This document shows positions 60,281-64,000 of a stretch of 64,000 nt of DNA, piece after piece. The notes under the pieces were generated by a model that was not told where the DNA came from, ran no database searches, and was given only the letters and a program-made list of their open reading frames with translations. The position numbers and the translations under genes are program-made. Within the stretch, counting starts at the first letter, position 1. Each line of letters opens with the position of its first letter. This stretch comes from an uncultured bacterium (GTDB taxonomy: Bacteria > Chloroflexota > UBA5177 > JANWHV01), in contig CAVSOU010000008.1 in NCBI GenBank assembly GCA_963729625.1, positions 128,001-192,000 on the forward strand. The letters run 5' to 3'.

Positions 60281-61473
60281 TGCGCTCCTTGCGGGATGAC
60301 CTCGCTGGCGCCGCTCGAGTGAACACGGGGGCGCCTGGCGGCATGGCGTGCGACCGCGCTGGTCACGCCTGCGCCGACAGCCTGGACGTCGCGTCGATCG
60401 CCAGTCAGGCAATCGGGGCGGATTCCCGCCGGCGGAACGCGCAACGGGCATTCAACAATGCCGACCGCGGGTACGAGCATCGCAGCACTGCCTCGCCGAT
60501 TAGCCGCGCCGGCGCTGCCGCGAGCCATCATCACACGCATCACGCGGCCGGCGCCGGCTTCCGCGCTGCCTTCTTTCTCACGGCCATCGTATTGCTTGTA
60601 GAGCTGACCTGCGGCCTGCTCTCGCATTCGCTGGCGCTGCTGTCCGATGCCGGCCATGTACTCACCGATATCGTGGCCCTCGCGCTGGCCTGGTTTGCCA
60701 CGGCGCAAGCCGGCAGGCCTGCGGACGCGCGCAGGACATACGGCTACCACCGCACGGGCATCCTGGCAGCGCTGGCCAATGCCGTCACGCTCATCGCGAT
60801 TGTCGCAGCCATCGGCTATGAAGCAATCAAGCGCTTCCAGCATCCGGAGCCCGTGGCTGCCGGGGTGATGCTGCCGGCAGCGGCCGTTGGCATCGTGGTG
60901 AACCTGTACATCGCCTCCAGGCTACAGGGTGAGAGCCGGGACAATGTGAACGTCCGCGCGGCGCTGCTTCACGTGCTTGGGGATGCAGGCGCCTCCGCCG
61001 GCGTGATCGTTGCCGCGTTGGTCATTGCCTTCACCGGCTGGAGTTATGCCGACCCGGCGATCTCGCTGCTGATCGCGGTGCTCATCGCCCAGAGCGCCTG
61101 GGGCGTGTTGCGCGAGACGCTCGCTATTCTGATGGAGGCTGCGCCGGCCGGGCTGGATACCCGGCAGTTGGCACGCGATATGGCCGGGGTCGCGGGCGTG
61201 GCCGAGGTCCACGATCTGCACGTCTGGTCGATTGCCGGCGGCATGCAGGCACTTTCGGCGCACATGCTGGTGCGCGACAACTGCCTTCTTTCCAATTGCG
61301 ACGACCTTCTGGATCAGGTGAATGGGCTGTTGGCGGATCGCTACCGCATCACGCACTCCACGATACAGTTCGAATTCGATTGCTGCGGCCGTCACGAGGG
61401 CAAGCGCGTGTTCTGCACCCAGGGCGCGCCCACCAGCGACGCCTGCGCGTGCGGGCACCGACGCCAGGACTGA
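60280..61473 (+). CDS. Cation diffusion facilitator (CzcD/ZitB-like)
   Basis: SLALLSDAGHVLTD, TYGYHR, ALLHVLGD, VHDLHVW, ITHSTIQFE; His/Cys-rich termini; start uncertain. Confidence 0.92.
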   Translation: MRSLRDDLAGAARVNTGAPGGMACDRAGHACADSLDVASIASQAIGADSRRRNAQRAFNNADRGYEHRSTASPISRAGAAASHHHTHHAAGAGFRAAFFLTAIVLLVELTCGLLSHSLALLSDAGHVLTDIVALALAWFATAQAGRPADARRTYGYHRTGILAALANAVTLIAIVAAIGYEAIKRFQHPEPVAAGVMLPAAAVGIVVNLYIASRLQGESRDNVNVRAALLHVLGDAGASAGVIVAALVIAFTGWSYADPAISLLIAVLIAQSAWGVLRETLAILMEAAPAGLDTRQLARDMAGVAGVAEVHDLHVWSIAGGMQALSAHMLVRDNCLLSNCDDLLDQVNGLLADRYRITHSTIQFEFDCCGRHEGKRVFCTQGAPTSDACACGHRRQD

Positions 61474-61490
61474 CCGGTCGCAGGAATTGC

Positions 61491-62462
61491 TCAAATCCCC
61501 GGAAACGATGCGGACAGCGTGTCCTGGATGCGCGTCTCGATGGCGTGAATGGCCTCGGGATTGTTGCCGTGGTGCTTTCGCGCGGAGACCAGCGCACGCA
61601 GCTCGTATTCCAGCGCGTAAACGCGCAGCCTCGGCTGCAGGTTCTGGATGGACAGCAGATCGGGATAGCCGACCTGGAGTGCGGGGAGCACCCGGACAAG
61701 ATCGAGCGGCCGCACGTCATGCTCGGCGGCGGAGCTGGCAAAAATGCCGGGATAGTGCAGAAAGCGGATAAGCTGGTCGAGATCCCAGTCCGGAGCCGCG
61801 GCCCACGATCGCTCGAAATCCAGCAATCCGCTGATTTTTCCGCGCTCGACGTGGATATTGCCGAAATGCAGGTCGCCGTGGGTCAGGGTGGGAAACCCGC
61901 CGGCCAGGAAGGCCCCGTCGCGCCCGAGCGCCCGCTCGACGGCGTCGATCAGCGCCGGCGAGGTGTTAGCGGCCGCGCGCGCGCTTTCGAGCGCGTGAGC
62001 CGCGCGTCGCCCGTGTACCCCCGACCATGTGTCACCGGCGCGAGGATTGGTCGGGTCGCCGAAGCCGCTCAGGCGGATGGTGTGCAGCCGCCTCATGATC
62101 GCTGCTAGCTGCGTGAGGTAGCCGGCCTGTTCGTCCGCGTCTGCCTGCTTCCACCGCGAGAGCAGATTCTCACCCGGCACGAAGGTCTGGATCATGTACT
62201 CATGGGGGATGAGGCGGCTGCTCCCCTCGTAGACCACCGTACGAGGCACGGGGATCTGGTCGCGCACCATCTCCAGCACCCGCATCTCGCGCGCCAGCTT
62301 GCCACGTTCATCCGGGCGCAGGTTGACGCGCAGCACGTACAGCTCATCCACCAGGTAGCTGGCATTGATCTGCCCACCGGGCAGGGCCACCACGCTGTGC
62401 CGACCGAGACCATGTTGGTTCAGGATGCGCGCAATTGTATGCATGGGCAGTGTGATGGGCAT
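61491..62462 (-). CDS. Aminoglycoside phosphotransferase/kinase-like protein
   Basis: HGDLHFGNI and LLDFE motifs. Confidence 0.85.
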   Translation of the reverse strand: MPITLPMHTIARILNQHGLGRHSVVALPGGQINASYLVDELYVLRVNLRPDERGKLAREMRVLEMVRDQIPVPRTVVYEGSSRLIPHEYMIQTFVPGENLLSRWKQADADEQAGYLTQLAAIMRRLHTIRLSGFGDPTNPRAGDTWSGVHGRRAAHALESARAAANTSPALIDAVERALGRDGAFLAGGFPTLTHGDLHFGNIHVERGKISGLLDFERSWAAAPDWDLDQLIRFLHYPGIFASSAAEHDVRPLDLVRVLPALQVGYPDLLSIQNLQPRLRVYALEYELRALVSARKHHGNNPEAIHAIETRIQDTLSASFPGI

Positions 62463-62520
62463 GAGCAGACCTTTCGCCGTGCGCCTATTGGGTATAGCGC
62501 ACCGGTCGCCGAGAGGCAAG

Positions 62521-63384
62521 CTAGAGGTGCGCGATTGTCGGCGCGACCGAGTACATGCGGTAGCTAATGGGGATGCCGATGACAGTCAACGAGAGCGACC
62601 AAGCCAGCATCATCCAGACCAGGCTCATCCACCAGCCGAAGAAGAGCACGTACAGCAGGCGGGCTGAACTCTCGGCGCTCTGAAGCCCCGCGCGCGCGAC
62701 CGGGACGATCGACCTGGGTGGATCGGCGGCGGTTCGCAGTGTGAGCACATTCGGGATCATGGTGATCATGCGGTTGGCCTGGGTCTGGAAGACAAAGAGG
62801 CAGAGCATGACCCATGTAGCCAGGACCCAGAAGCAGCTCAGCCAGGATCCGGCCAGGAGAAACCATATCGCCCTGGCGGGGAGGGCGACGTCCTGCCGGG
62901 GCATCCCGGGGCGGACCGGGTACGGACGCGGAGGCGGCGCCGGCACGATACGACCGCGCCAGGCCTCCTCAACTGGAGCGCGCTCCAGCTCGGCGCGCCT
63001 GGCCATTCGCTCGGCAAAGCGCTCCGACCGACGGGAGACTCGCTCCGCCCAGCGTGTCGATCTGCGCGCGATCTGGTCGCCGATCTCGGTTGAGTGCCTG
63101 GTCACGCGATCGGAGAGCTCGCTTGCATGCTGGGTGATCGCCTCCGAGACAAGACTGGCAATTTCCGGGCCGATCCGCGCGATAGGGTCGGGATGCCTGC
63201 CATACCGGTCCCTCCCGTCGCGATCGGATTGCGGCACGGGAGCGCCCGCCACGATGTTGGCATCGGGATCGCTCAACATGCCCGGCACAAGTAGCGCGGC
63301 GCCACAGGCGACGCAGGCGACATCGGAGGGGGAATTGGCCTGACCGCAGCGCGGGCACGCGACCGCCGACTCTTCAGGCTCCAT
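62521..63384 (-). CDS. Zinc-ribbon + coiled region + YccF-like membrane domain protein
   Basis: CPRC..CVAC; two repeats of the type RAIWFLLAGSWLS / RLLYVLFFGWWMS..IGIP. Confidence 0.75.
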   Translation of the reverse strand: MEPEESAVACPRCGQANSPSDVACVACGAALLVPGMLSDPDANIVAGAPVPQSDRDGRDRYGRHPDPIARIGPEIASLVSEAITQHASELSDRVTRHSTEIGDQIARRSTRWAERVSRRSERFAERMARRAELERAPVEEAWRGRIVPAPPPRPYPVRPGMPRQDVALPARAIWFLLAGSWLSCFWVLATWVMLCLFVFQTQANRMITMIPNVLTLRTAADPPRSIVPVARAGLQSAESSARLLYVLFFGWWMSLVWMMLAWSLSLTVIGIPISYRMYSVAPTIAHL

Positions 63385-63444
63385 CCTCGTTCCTCCGCCG
63401 CCGGCGCCGTACCGGGCGTGCTTGCCTCACGTCTACAGTTCAGC

Positions 63445-64000
63445 CTAGCGAGTACGCGGCATCCATACAACCGATCGCTGCGGAATCATGCCGGAAGTAC
63501 GGTTGACGCGCTGTGCAGCCTGGGGCTGGACGTTGGCCGGATGCTGGGCGGGCGACGGGGGGGTGCTGGGCTGGTCACCGTAGGCTGGTTCGCCAGCGAC
63601 AGCGGTGGCGGTGGGGCTGGCAGCAACCTGGAGTTCCTGGCCGGAAGCGGCGGCGGTGGCCGTGGCATCTATGGCAGCCTGAGTGGCGGTGGCATCTATG
63701 GCAGCCTGGGTGGCCGTGGCAGCGGCGGCGGTGGCATCCGCGGCAACCTGGGTGGCCGTGGCATCTACGGCAGCCTGGGTGGCCGTGGCAGCGGCGGCGG
63801 TGGCATCCGCGGCAACCTGGGTGGCCGTGGCATCTATGGCAGCCTGGGTGGCCGTGGCATTCGCCGCAACCTGGGTCGCGGTGGCAGCCACGTTGGTGGC
63901 ATCCACGGCAACCTGGGTCGCGGTGGCAGCCACGTTGGTGGCATCCACGGCAACCTGGGTCGCGGTGGCAGCCACGTTGGTGGCATCCACGGCAGCCTGG
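63445..64000 (-). CDS. C-terminus of an Ala/Thr/Gln repeat protein (partial, start beyond the window)
   Basis: Open frame reaching the right edge with ATATQxAxD units. Confidence 0.75.
   Translation of the reverse strand, partial: QAAVDATNVAATATQVAVDATNVAATATQVAVDATNVAATATQVAANATATQAAIDATATQVAADATAAAATATQAAVDATATQVAADATAAAATATQAAIDATATQAAIDATATAAASGQELQVAASPTATAVAGEPAYGDQPSTPPSPAQHPANVQPQAAQRVNRTSGMIPQRSVVWMPRTR
63650..64000. repeat. Nested coding tandem repeats (27-, 42- and 69-nt units)
   Basis: VDATNVAATATQVA x3; ATATQAA(I/V)DATATQVAADATAAA x2. Confidence 0.85.

Overview
High-GC bacterial chromosomal window, probably Chloroflexota. This is an inference from the T-box-controlled alpha2-type glyQS, F420-dependent PPOX/LLM genes, MDMPI, XRE-STAND-TPR regulator and Ala/Thr linkers. 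The left ~16.6 kb is a co-oriented (minus-strand) block of very large, probably extracellular proteins. It holds (1) a tightly coupled pair of giant hypothetical genes: a 1696-aa protein with a Tat-like signal, and a partner of at least 645 aa that runs off the left edge and is missing from the ORF track; (2) a ~1920-aa mosaic (DNRLRE-like, clan GH-A-like, 7 RCC1 repeats, DUF2341-like) split by two compensating single-base indels; and (3) a 21-repeat Cys-paired beta-propeller protein. The rest is mostly housekeeping and metabolic genes: folC, trxB, leuS, birA, Xer-type recombinase, pfkA, glyQS, msrA/msrB, uridine phosphorylase, Orn/Lys/Arg decarboxylase, VapBC, ArsR-CDF. Notable non-coding features are a stand-alone structured small-ORF/RNA unit at 39419-39643, a ldcC-like leader RNA before the decarboxylase, a Gly T-box, a possible non-T-box leuS attenuator and several gene remnants. 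Scattered single-base indels (three within msrA) suggest residual sequencing error. No rRNA, tRNA or CRISPR array was seen.
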